DNA of 64,000 nt from Candidatus Saccharibacteria bacterium RIFCSPHIGHO2_12_FULL_41_12. GTDB lineage: Bacteria; Patescibacteriota; Saccharimonadia; Saccharimonadales; 2-12-FULL-41-12. This document shows, piece by piece, positions 21,079 to 29,631 of this stretch (position 1 is the stretch's first letter; each line of letters starts with the position of its first letter). The DNA is taken from assembly GCA_001790445.1 (NCBI GenBank), contig MGCQ01000007.1:66608-130607 (forward strand). The letters are read 5' to 3'. The position numbers were made by a program, and so were the translations under genes. The notes under the pieces were generated by a model. That model saw only the letters and a program-made list of their open reading frames with translations, had not been told where the DNA came from and searched no databases.

Positions 21079-21741
21079 CTATTTTAAAATGTCTTCGTTG
21101 GCTGCTAAGAGGACAGTGTTAATTTTGCCGTTGCAATCAAATGAGAAGGCAATAACTTTTTTACCACCTGATTTTCCAACTACAGCAATGCTTGGGAAAT
21201 ACTTGCTGTAGCTACCTGCGCCATATGAGCTAAGTGTTGAAGCAGAAAGCGCAAAGTCCCACGTCGAAGTAGTTGGGTCGCCGATAAAATTCGTAATAGC
21301 GGTAACTGCTTGGGTTGGTGTATTGGCGGTTGGTGCGCCTGAACCAGCAATAGTTACATCCACATTTGTAGCCATGTAGCCCTCCAGTGCTGCTGTATTC
21401 CCGGAAGTTATAGAGGCCTTTATGTTCTCAATGACTGAAGCGGTGGGTGCCTTAGGGGTACAGGCTGTTTTGGCTGGCGCAGAGGTACTCTTTGCATTTT
21501 TGGCTTTCTCATCAGCCAATTGTTTCTTTAAGCTCTCCGTTGTTTGTTTCAAAGAGGCTATATCGGCAGCTTGTTGCTTTTGAAAATCTTTGGCGGTTTG
21601 TTCACGCCACCAGTAGGCTCCGCCCGCAGAAGCTCCCATTAAAATCAAAACCAGCAGTACCAATAGAGACTTTTTTCCTTTAGATTTTTTAATAGGCTCC
21701 TTTATCTGTTCTGTTGCAGTTGATTGTGTTTCTTCGTCCAT
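21079..21741 (-). CDS. membrane-anchored hypothetical protein with coiled-coil segment
   Basis: N-terminal TM (LLVLLVLILMGASAGG), a coiled-coil, and an extracytoplasmic C-domain. Confidence 0.45.
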   Translation of the reverse strand: MDEETQSTATEQIKEPIKKSKGKKSLLVLLVLILMGASAGGAYWWREQTAKDFQKQQAADIASLKQTTESLKKQLADEKAKNAKSTSAPAKTACTPKAPTASVIENIKASITSGNTAALEGYMATNVDVTIAGSGAPTANTPTQAVTAITNFIGDPTTSTWDFALSASTLSSYGAGSYSKYFPSIAVVGKSGGKKVIAFSFDCNGKINTVLLAANEDILK

Positions 21742-21845
21742 ATCTTCTCCTTTTCTATGGTATTAAAAGTATAACATTAAGCACAAGAATTATGTTGTTA
21801 TTTATACTTGCACCAGGTTAAAGTCACAAAATACAAAAAACATTA

Positions 21846-22214
21846 TCAGGCTAAAATTTTTTCTATGATTGCGATGATGCTTGGTATATCATGATCGCTT
21901 TTGATCAGATATTCAATCGCACCCTTATTTAACGCTCGCTGTGCGTCCTCTTTGTCGGCTAAGTTGGTTAGCATAACCACTTTATACCCTTTTGTCTGGG
22001 GGTCCTTTTTTAATTTTTCCAGAGCCTGCAATCCGTTGAGCACAGGCATCATGATATCAAGCAATATCAAGTCAGGTTTGAACGTTTTAGTTTTTTCATA
22101 TCCTTCCTGCCCGTTGCTAGCAGTCTCCACAGTGTAGCCTTCACAAGCAAGAACACGTCGGTACATTCTAACCATGAGATCGTCGTCTTCAACCAGTAAT
22201 ATTTTATGACTAAT
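21846..22214 (-). CDS. single-domain response regulator; probable ATT start at 22214
   Basis: Receiver motifs (LILLDIMMP and MLTNL). The conserved N-terminal KILLVEDDD lies upstream of the first ATG (22175). AGGAGG (22228..22223) sits 8 nt before ATT (22214..22212). Confidence 0.75.
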   Translation of the reverse strand: MSHKILLVEDDDLMVRMYRRVLACEGYTVETASNGQEGYEKTKTFKPDLILLDIMMPVLNGLQALEKLKKDPQTKGYKVVMLTNLADKEDAQRALNKGAIEYLIKSDHDIPSIIAIIEKILA

Positions 22215-23790
22215 TTGTCACTCCTCCTGGGTTCGAGGAAGTTTGGATTTTATCCTCATGTTCTTTGATCTGTGACTCTGTAGCCTTGGTAATAGTCAGG
22301 CTAAAAGTTGTGCCTTTGCCAACTTCTGATTTTTCGAGTACTACATCGCCACCCATACATTTAGCCATCATTTTTGAGATGTATAGCCCCAGACCAGTCC
22401 CATGGCTGACATCTCTCGTTAGTAAATCAGCCTGAGCTTGTTGGAATTTTCTGAATAATAAAGCCTGGGAATCTTCAGGTATACCTTCGCCGGTATCAGA
22501 TACGTAGATTTTTATCGCATTATCGAGCAAATCAAAAGAGATTTTGACTCCGCCTTTGCTAGTAAACTTGATTCCATTACCTAAAAGATTGCTGAGTATC
22601 TCGCGCGTGCGATCTCTGTCAGCATAAACGACCGGCAGAGGTAGCTCTGGTTTTATGATTTCCAGAAGTAGCTTTTTTCTCGATCCCGTAACGTCGTATT
22701 CTCTGATTATGTTTTCACATAGACCATATATGTCGAATACTTGTTTATGGTATTGTAATTTTCCTTGTTCCAATCTTGACATATCCAAAAAATCATTAAC
22801 AATACTAATGAGACGCAAGCTGGCATCATGTACATCTTGAATAATATTTATAACTTCAGTGTTTTTGATATCATCCAAAAAGTATGTCTGGATGAGAGAG
22901 GTGTTGCCGCGTATGGCTGTCAGCGGAGTTCTCAGTTCATGTGAAGCAATGGAGAAAAATTCATCTCGAGAACGTTCCATGATTTTTTGTTCAGTAATAT
23001 CTTCTATCAAAAGCACTGTTCCTAAAATATCTTTGGTTGTTTTATTAATTATCGGTGTAATGTGTAGGTTCAGACGCAAAATCTTATAAGATATGTCTTT
23101 GATGGAAATATTTTTTCTCTCTCGTCTTGATTCGTCTAGTTGTTTTACTAGATTTATTTTATCCCCAAGTGTTTCTTGTATAAAATCAAGATCGATTTTT
23201 ACCTTTATATCGCTAACGTCAATTGCCCGCGTCGCAGGATAAGCAGATGAGGTATCAAGTGTAAAAATTGCTTTAGCTGCCTTGTTGATGAGTAGCATCT
23301 CGTTGTCAGGACCTGTCATTATATAGCCAATAGATAAACTTTCAATAGAGGCTCTTAACCGCGTTTCCTCATCTTTGATTTCTTTTTCCATGGCCTTACG
23401 GCTCGTAATATCTTCAACAATCAGCAACAAGCGGGCTTGACCGGAAATACCTCTGTCTTGTATCGGTATCCCGCGGTAGTGGCGGATAGTTTTTTTGTTA
23501 GCAAGATGTGAATGATATTCTACTTCAGTCTCAAAGGCCTTCCCAGCAATACCCTTGATAAATAGCTTGTCAAGCCCAACATTTTTATAGCTTTTAAGAT
23601 GAAGAGCATTTAAGCCAACAGCATTTTCTGGTTTATTCCCAGAAAGTTCTGCCATTTTTGGGTTAAACGAAGTTATTACTCCGACGGCGTCTAAAGTATA
23701 AATTCCAAATGGTGCACTAAAAAATACGTCTTGATAAAGTAGCTCAGAAATAGGACTACTAGAAGATTCCATCGGTAGATACCTCAGCAA
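22210..23790 (-). CDS. PAS-domain sensor histidine kinase (cytoplasmic)
   Basis: H-box SHELRTPLTAI, N-box LGNGIKFT, G1 DTGEGI and G2 GTGLGL. Two PAS-like N-terminal modules. Confidence 0.9.
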   Translation of the reverse strand: MLRYLPMESSSSPISELLYQDVFFSAPFGIYTLDAVGVITSFNPKMAELSGNKPENAVGLNALHLKSYKNVGLDKLFIKGIAGKAFETEVEYHSHLANKKTIRHYRGIPIQDRGISGQARLLLIVEDITSRKAMEKEIKDEETRLRASIESLSIGYIMTGPDNEMLLINKAAKAIFTLDTSSAYPATRAIDVSDIKVKIDLDFIQETLGDKINLVKQLDESRRERKNISIKDISYKILRLNLHITPIINKTTKDILGTVLLIEDITEQKIMERSRDEFFSIASHELRTPLTAIRGNTSLIQTYFLDDIKNTEVINIIQDVHDASLRLISIVNDFLDMSRLEQGKLQYHKQVFDIYGLCENIIREYDVTGSRKKLLLEIIKPELPLPVVYADRDRTREILSNLLGNGIKFTSKGGVKISFDLLDNAIKIYVSDTGEGIPEDSQALLFRKFQQAQADLLTRDVSHGTGLGLYISKMMAKCMGGDVVLEKSEVGKGTTFSLTITKATESQIKEHEDKIQTSSNPGGVTN

Positions 23791-24449
23791 TCGTACGTTT
23801 GACCTGGTTCAAGTATGTGTACCTCCGTGTGCGAGTCAGCTTGCTTGGCAAAAAGTGAAGTATCGGCCTCTACAGGTGGCCATGTATCGTAGTGGATAGG
23901 TATTGTTACTTTAGGATTGAGATACTCGACTGCTAGTGCAGCGCCTTTTTCATCCATCGTATAGTGTCCGCCAATTGGCAACAGTGCCACGTCTATATCT
24001 CCGAAAAGTTTAGGTATAAGCTTCATATCACTAAACAGCGCAGTGTCTCCGGATTGGTATATATTTTTTCCATCAAGATGGATAACAAAACCTGAAGGGG
24101 TTCCGCCCCCGGCACTATGAATAGCGGGGGTAATACTAAAAGAAATGCCATCCTCTGAGTAAGTACCACCAATATTGGCCCCAACTGCAGTGATTCCTGC
24201 TTGCGATACGTCGTCGCGAACTGTCACTTCGTGAACAGCAAACAGCGTTGAACCATCACGTTTGGCTATCTGTAAAGCGTCTTCGCCAAAGTGATCAAAG
24301 TGATCATGAGTTACCAATATATAGTCTATTTTTGGTATTTCATCTATCTGCCGTGCGGCTTTGGGGTTATCGGTAATAAATGGATCTATAAGTATCGTTT
24401 TACTACCCTCAATTAATACTGTTGCGTGACCTAGTCGTGTAATTTTCAT
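23784..24449 (-). CDS. metallo-beta-lactamase-fold hydrolase (UPF0173-like)
   Basis: THDHFDH metal-binding motif in a 221-aa protein. Overlaps the kinase gene by 7 nt. Confidence 0.85.
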   Translation of the reverse strand: MKITRLGHATVLIEGSKTILIDPFITDNPKAARQIDEIPKIDYILVTHDHFDHFGEDALQIAKRDGSTLFAVHEVTVRDDVSQAGITAVGANIGGTYSEDGISFSITPAIHSAGGGTPSGFVIHLDGKNIYQSGDTALFSDMKLIPKLFGDIDVALLPIGGHYTMDEKGAALAVEYLNPKVTIPIHYDTWPPVEADTSLFAKQADSHTEVHILEPGQTYDC

Positions 24450-24499
24450 AATGGTTTTATGATAATGGTTATGTCATTCTCTTGTCAACATTTAGCTAT

Positions 24500-25006
24500 T
24501 CAAACTTCGGCTAAACCAATGACGTAATTTTTGCCATAGTGCTTGGCACATTTTGGGCATGTGGTATAAAAAAAGTAAAACTTTTTAATTTCGCGACCAA
24601 GCTCTTTTACATAATTTTGCGCGGCTTTGTGCCATTTGCCGGCGTCTTTGTATGGTCCTTCAAAGACTTGCGATATAAATGTTCCGTCTAGGACAACATT
24701 GTCCGCACCCTCAATTGGGCGACTAACACCATAAAGCTGCTCAGCCCTCCAGGGTGATAAATCTCGGCTGAGGATCATGACCTGCTCAGGGGGCAGGGTT
24801 GCATTTGCTTTTTCTGCCGTTTCGTTGAGCTGTTTCATGATTTTTGCCATGTTCAGAGGCATAAAAAAGAAGCTTTTGGTGTACATCCGAATAAAATGTT
24901 GATTTTCAGAAGTCATTTCCTTCTCATCCCACTCATTAATATTGGGTACTGCGCAACACCCGGTTTCGTTTTTGTCTGTATAAGTATTTGGTAAGCTCAT
25001 TTTCAC
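24500..25006 (-). CDS. hypothetical protein with C-terminal CxxC
   Basis: 168-aa ORF with TTCPKCAKHYG near the C-terminus. Family not recognised. Confidence 0.45.
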   Translation of the reverse strand: MKMSLPNTYTDKNETGCCAVPNINEWDEKEMTSENQHFIRMYTKSFFFMPLNMAKIMKQLNETAEKANATLPPEQVMILSRDLSPWRAEQLYGVSRPIEGADNVVLDGTFISQVFEGPYKDAGKWHKAAQNYVKELGREIKKFYFFYTTCPKCAKHYGKNYVIGLAEV

Positions 25007-25083
25007 TTCCTTGTACTTATATTATACTCCCGTAGATCAAGTCAGACCATCCGACTGGCAACGATTTGACTAGCATACAAGAG

Positions 25084-25089
25084 TATAAT
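25084..25089 (+). promoter_or_regulatory. TATAAT -10 box 7 nt upstream of the pcm ATG (candidate leaderless transcript)
   Basis: gagTATAATtagaggtATG, with the ATG at 25097. Confidence 0.4.
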
Positions 25090-25096
25090 TAGAGGT

Positions 25097-25666
25097 ATGG
25101 ACGCAATTGCCGAAGCTTTTAAATCAGTTCCCCGGGTGGATTTTGTGCCTGAATGGCTAAAAGATCATGTAAACGTAGACACTGCCTTACCCATTGGCGC
25201 TGGTCAGACTATTAGTCAGCCCAGCACTGTCCGGATGATGTTGGAGTGGCTTGGGGCACAACCAAGGGATAAAGTGCTCGATGTCGGGTCTGGGTCGGGC
25301 TGGACTTCAGCCTTGCTGTCTAATATCATCGGGTCAAAAGGCAAAGTATTTGCGGTTGAGAGGATACCCAAGTTGCTAGAACAAGGTAGAGAAAACTGCA
25401 AAAAAGTGGGCGCTTTGAACGTTCAATTTTTCCAAGCTGGCAAAAGCTTTGGTTTGCCCCTGCATGCGCCGTATGATCGGATACTGGTCAGTGCAGCAGC
25501 ACAAAAACTGCCTATAGAGCTACTGGATCAGCTAAAAGTCGGCGGCAAATTAGTCATCCCAATTGGACACGAAATATTAGAAATTAGTAAAATCTCTGAT
25601 AAAGATTATGAGACAAAATCACATCCAGGCTTTATATTCGTCCCTCTTAGTTTAGCCTGTCGTTAA
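25097..25666 (+). CDS. pcm: protein-L-isoaspartate O-methyltransferase
   Basis: TISQPSTVRMM, the SAM motif LDVGSGSGW, and a C-terminal FIFVPL. Confidence 0.9.
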   Translation: MDAIAEAFKSVPRVDFVPEWLKDHVNVDTALPIGAGQTISQPSTVRMMLEWLGAQPRDKVLDVGSGSGWTSALLSNIIGSKGKVFAVERIPKLLEQGRENCKKVGALNVQFFQAGKSFGLPLHAPYDRILVSAAAQKLPIELLDQLKVGGKLVIPIGHEILEISKISDKDYETKSHPGFIFVPLSLACR

Positions 25667-25694
25667 AAGACGGATCTTTTAGTTCTTTTTTATT
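25663..25694 (+). repeat. direct repeat copy 1: TAA stop plus hairpin plus T-tract module
   Basis: ttaaaagacggatcttttagttcttttttatt. The first 18 nt are identical to 28140-28157. AAAGA/TCTTT stem followed by T-rich tract. Confidence 0.7.
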
Positions 25695-25874
25695 CTGAGC
25701 GCTATGGTATGATTTCTTGTCTTGTATCTCATGAGGCTATATACTCGGAAGTAACATGAGTATAACGAATGAAGTAGACCGTATAACGGAAATTTTAGAA
25801 AACAGCATAATCGTAGTATTTGATTCCGTACTACGTACTACTTTATACGCATTACCGCAACCGGAGGTTGCCCG

Positions 25875-27101
25875 ATGAGTAGTTCTACCGACAAGCAAGA
25901 ACAAGTATACCGAAAAACAATTCGTGTTTTGGTGGGTTCACAACTTATGGCCGGTGCAGGGCTGGCAGCAGGGATATCTGTTGGGGCTTTGCTAGCTGAG
26001 GAAATGACTGGCTCGACTGGAGCAGCTGGTTTGCCAGCGGCACTATTTACTTTGGGCTCAGCTATCGCTGCGGGACTCGTTGGTCGTATTTCCCAAAGCC
26101 ATGGTAGACGGATCGGGTTAGGTATTGGTTACTCCGTAGGCGCTACAGGTGCAGCTGGCATTGTTCTGGCAGCCATACTAGGTAGTCTTCCTCTGCTGTT
26201 TGTCTCGTTACTCCTTTATGGCTCAGGCACAGCCACAAACCTGCAAGCTCGCTATGCTGGAGCAGACCTTGCCAAGCCGTCCAGAAGAGGCCGTGCAATA
26301 AGTACCGTTTTGGTTGCCACCACGCTGGGCGCGGTGCTCGGCCCAAATCTCATTGAGTTGACAGGATCAATTGCCGGATCACTTGGAGTCAGGGAGCTAG
26401 CCGGACCTTTCATGCTGGCTGTGCTTGCTTATGGGACTGCCGGCGTCGTAGTTTTTGTCTTTATGAGACCTGACCCTCTACTGATGGCTCGCGCCTTGGC
26501 ATCACGTGTTTCTCAGCAGACCAAAGACCAAAAGCAAACTACCAGCGACACTGATTCACGGCGCACAGTTAGGCTGGCAGCCGCCGCCATGATAATCACG
26601 CAAATGGTCATGATCGCAATAATGACCATGACACCGATACATATGAGATCACATGAGCACAGTTTGGCGGCCGTAGGATTGATAATTTCGATTCACATAG
26701 CAGCAATGTACCTGCCATCTCCTCTGACAGGGTTACTTGTCGATCGTTTTGGATATCGTCGTATTCTAGCTTCGGGTGGGCTAATTTTGCTCGCAACTGG
26801 AATCTTAGCCTCGGTCGCTCCCGCAAGTTCTATGATTCTACTGGGTGTTACGCTTGGTCTACTCGGGCTTGGTTGGAACTTTGGGCTCATCGCTGGAACT
26901 GCGGCTGTCACGCAGGCCACACCGCTTAGCCGGAGGGCCAGCACTCAGGGTTCGGTTGATCTAGCGGTTTCTCTGGCTGGCGCAACTGGTGGAATGGGAA
27001 GCGGCTTCATTATGGCTAGTAGTAGTTTTGCGATGCTAGGGCTGGTAGGAGGCTTGCTAGGGCTGGCAATTCTGCCACTGCTTATCGCTTATCGCGAGTA
27101 A
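25875..27101 (+). CDS. MFS transporter
   Basis: 408 aa with about 12 Gly/Ala-rich hydrophobic segments. Hand-counted lines give about 50-58% GC versus about 40% in flanking genes. Long antisense ORFs are consistent with high GC. Confidence 0.8.
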   Translation: MSSSTDKQEQVYRKTIRVLVGSQLMAGAGLAAGISVGALLAEEMTGSTGAAGLPAALFTLGSAIAAGLVGRISQSHGRRIGLGIGYSVGATGAAGIVLAAILGSLPLLFVSLLLYGSGTATNLQARYAGADLAKPSRRGRAISTVLVATTLGAVLGPNLIELTGSIAGSLGVRELAGPFMLAVLAYGTAGVVVFVFMRPDPLLMARALASRVSQQTKDQKQTTSDTDSRRTVRLAAAAMIITQMVMIAIMTMTPIHMRSHEHSLAAVGLIISIHIAAMYLPSPLTGLLVDRFGYRRILASGGLILLATGILASVAPASSMILLGVTLGLLGLGWNFGLIAGTAAVTQATPLSRRASTQGSVDLAVSLAGATGGMGSGFIMASSSFAMLGLVGGLLGLAILPLLIAYRE

Positions 27102-27145
27102 TGAATCCCAATTATCAACAAAGGTCAGTTCTTTAACAGATATCG

Positions 27146-28117
27146 CTAACTGTCTGTAGGCTGGCCGTTGTTAAAGTCGAGCGTATTGTATGGTGCTTCC
27201 GAGCAAAGATCACTAATTATGTTTGGCTTACTTGGGTTCACTACAACTTTCCCTAGCGCCTTAATTTTGTTTGCATCGTTGCTAGGGAACATGCCAAACC
27301 AACAGGATGCAAACCACTCATGGGATTGATACTGATTGTGTATGCCAGCCCATTTACTATTTTTAGAAATTTCGTTTCGACTACGGTAGTCATATACGCC
27401 AAAGTCGAATCCAAAATTCTTGGTAGCAGGGAAGCCAATGGCAGTAGCTACTACATCGCCTGACTTGAACTTTGTACGAGCGAAGGGAAGATTTGGATCT
27501 GTGCGAGTGTCGTCTTTCTTTGGCTCTGGAGTCGTATCGGCGATTTTCTGAAATGCAGGAGCCAAGGTGTATAAATGATCAAAGCGAAAGGCAATACCAC
27601 AGTCAGTCTCAAAGGTCAGCAAGTACTGCAAAGTTGAGGGGTTACCCTCATAATACCTAGTCAAGCTGACAAGTGTTGCATCGATTGGCATTTTTACTTC
27701 CACTTTGCCGTCAGGGCTGTTGTCTATTCTAAAACCACCATGTGGTTTGTAATTATAACCACGGTAAGATCCGGGCATGAGCAAGCTGGTTACTTGAGCT
27801 ATATCAACAGGTGTTTGGTCAAAGATAAAAGGATTTTTGCATTTTGTGGGTTTGCCACTTTGGGTAAACCACTGGAGCTCCTTTTCGTTGAAGGCCCATT
27901 TTACGGGGTCGCTATTTTTAGATTCGGAAGACGTAGGTTGACTACTTTGAGATGATTTGTCTTTGCTTTTATACACATTGAACCCAGCAAAACCAACTCC
28001 TGCAACAACAGCAAGGACAATAATGATCAGAAAAAGATGAGCAAAGCCTGATTCATGTGTTTGTTTTTGACACATACAATAACTATATGAAAAGTCTATT
28101 ATAATTACAACACCCAT
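27146..28117 (-). CDS. membrane-anchored/secreted hypothetical protein (start possibly Met15 at 28075)
   Basis: N-terminal TM (LFLIIIVLAVVAGVGFAGF), a Ser-rich linker, and an unassigned C-domain of about 250 aa. Confidence 0.5.
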   Translation of the reverse strand: MGVVIIIDFSYSYCMCQKQTHESGFAHLFLIIIVLAVVAGVGFAGFNVYKSKDKSSQSSQPTSSESKNSDPVKWAFNEKELQWFTQSGKPTKCKNPFIFDQTPVDIAQVTSLLMPGSYRGYNYKPHGGFRIDNSPDGKVEVKMPIDATLVSLTRYYEGNPSTLQYLLTFETDCGIAFRFDHLYTLAPAFQKIADTTPEPKKDDTRTDPNLPFARTKFKSGDVVATAIGFPATKNFGFDFGVYDYRSRNEISKNSKWAGIHNQYQSHEWFASCWFGMFPSNDANKIKALGKVVVNPSKPNIISDLCSEAPYNTLDFNNGQPTDS

Positions 28118-28122
28118 ATTTT

Positions 28123-28140
28123 TGGCTGGGGATGAGGGAT
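28123..28140. repeat. distal copy of the tRNA-Gln 3'-end core (outermost att-like site)
   Basis: Exact 18-mer, followed directly by TAAAAGACGGATCTTTT. Confidence 0.8.
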
Positions 28141-28268
28141 TAAAAGACGGATCTTTTTTGTTCTTTTTATTTATTTTTGAATATTAGATCAAATTTGTGT
28201 ATAGCTTGGGTTACAGTAAAGTAAGGGGGTAGACAAAGACGTATATTTATAGTAGAATATTAATAATT

Positions 28269-28784
28269 ATGTTACGAATTGCACCGTTTGAGCAGTGTAT
28301 TGTATATGAGGAGGCCAACAGCTGCGCTTTTGCAAAACAATGTAAAGCCCCCAAAAAATGCGTAGGTATTAGTATTGTGGTCGACGAAGATCATTTTCAA
28401 ACTGCTAAATCACTAGGTCTGAAACCTGAGATAGATCGGCTAATTCATTTTACGGGTAGTGATCCCGAGACAAATGTTACTAAAATTTCTTTGTGCGAGC
28501 CAGCACTTACTGACCCAAGAATTGTTGGAGGAGTAAAGTTACTTATGGCAGAAGTTGATGCAGATGCATTTGTTGAACCTTCTGAGCTGCCTGCTCTGCG
28601 AGAAGTTGAAGCAGTATACAGTGGACATCTAACAGATATTGATCAAGTTGCTACTGATAAAGGTTTGCAGGCAGTAGAGTTTGTAACAGGCTCGACTAGC
28701 AGTAGTTTCTATCCAACAGGGGACAGGCTTGCTGAAGAGGGTGGAAGACTAGTATTAGTGCCTATCTACGATTTCGAAAGATAG
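28269..28784 (+). CDS. hypothetical protein (between att-like copies 1 and 2)
   Basis: 171-aa ORF. No motif recognised. Confidence 0.45.
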   Translation: MLRIAPFEQCIVYEEANSCAFAKQCKAPKKCVGISIVVDEDHFQTAKSLGLKPEIDRLIHFTGSDPETNVTKISLCEPALTDPRIVGGVKLLMAEVDADAFVEPSELPALREVEAVYSGHLTDIDQVATDKGLQAVEFVTGSTSSSFYPTGDRLAEEGGRLVLVPIYDFER

Positions 28785-28800
28785 TCATTGATATTGTACT

Positions 28801-28818
28801 TGGCTGGGGATGAGGGAT
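28801..28818. repeat. second copy of the tRNA-Gln 3'-end core
   Basis: Exact 18-mer TGGCTGGGGATGAGGGAT. Confidence 0.8.
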
Positions 28819-28972
28819 ATCGGCTAAAGCCTCCTCCCTGCGGTGCTCGGAAAATGTGAAAGTAAACTTTCCCGCCTTCCTGCGCTCCTCGTCCACCGAA
28901 CCCCTTTTGGCGGTTCGTACACCTTATTCTCAATCAGTTTTAATCTTAGAACTAAAGCCCTAACATTAAAAC

Positions 28973-28994
28973 TGGCTGGGGATGAGGGATTCGA
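28973..28994. repeat. third copy of the tRNA-Gln 3'-end core (22 nt identical to the tRNA copy)
   Basis: TGGCTGGGGATGAGGGATTCGA is identical to 38679-38700. Confidence 0.8.
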
Positions 28995-29157
28995 CCTACC
29001 TTTGGCAGGCCCGAAACTTCGCGATTGCCAAACCAGTTGGCATCGGAAGGTTTCCTTGCAGACTGCCGACTGGCAGTCCTCACCCCGATCTTTTTCGGGG
29101 GTCAAACCCATTTCTCAACAAGTATTTTCTAAAACCCAAATGGGTTATAAAAAATAC

Positions 29158-29178
29158 TGGCTGGGGCTAGTGGATGAG
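29158..29178. repeat. degenerate core-like copy
   Basis: TGGCTGGGGctagtggATGAG matches 9 + 5 nt of the core around a 7-nt interruption. Confidence 0.35.
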
Positions 29179-29631
29179 TTTCAGGAAGATTTTAGACAGG
29201 TAACAGAGGTAGTGCGTCAAATAACCGGCTCTATCTATGCGTGAACGTACCTACCCCCCACTACATTATTGAAGGGGGATATACCTACTGTAATTTGCAT
29301 ATTTAGCTTATTAATGTTCTCACGGTTTGCGTTAACCTACAGGGGTAGAAGCCCAAAACACTTGCTCTGTGCGTAAAAAATGTTTCTACCGGGGGGGTCT
29401 AGATATTTCCAAGCGGATCAGGGCGTTGTACATTGTCGAATAATGTGCGATGACCCTGCTTGGAAGTAGTGTGTCGTACAAGAACATGTGCGACATATAT
29501 TGGCTTAGTAAAATCTAAAATCTCTAACAAACAATTCACGTCTTATCAAACATACCCCTACCTTCTCTTTTGCTCTTCTGTGTTCTGTATTCGGTTCGCG
29601 CGCAAAAAATATTTGATTTGGCACTATAATT

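Noticed and set aside
26143-26944. Minus-strand ORFs (67-83 aa) inside the MFS gene, and similar short antisense ORFs inside carB, xfp, typA, pheT and trxB.
   Set aside because: They are shadow ORFs within strongly supported genes. In the MFS gene they are a by-product of locally higher GC.
28123-29178. Possible CRISPR array: an identical 18-nt repeat with 172-185 bp spacing.
   Set aside because: Spacing is irregular and far too long (678, 172, 185 bp). The repeat is a tRNA 3'-end fragment. No cas genes or palindromic CRISPR repeat features are present.
28824-29244. Three mutually overlapping ORFs of 62-133 aa on both strands from the six-frame track.
   Set aside because: They overlap one another and give Arg/Pro/Ser/Gly-rich, low-complexity translations. 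They lie across att-like repeats and dense hairpins and lack SDs. More likely non-coding.
28978-29260. tmRNA (ssrA) candidate: the plus strand reads GGGGATGAGGGATTCGACC..., resembling the GGGG...GGATTCGAC 5' end of tmRNAs, and GGGGTCAAACCCA recalls a tmRNA segment.
   Set aside because: The same 22 nt are the antisense of the tRNA-Gln 3' end and occur four times as att-like cores. No complementary 3' acceptor (..CATC(T/C)CCACCA), no T-arm and no alanine-rich tag ORF occur downstream on either strand.
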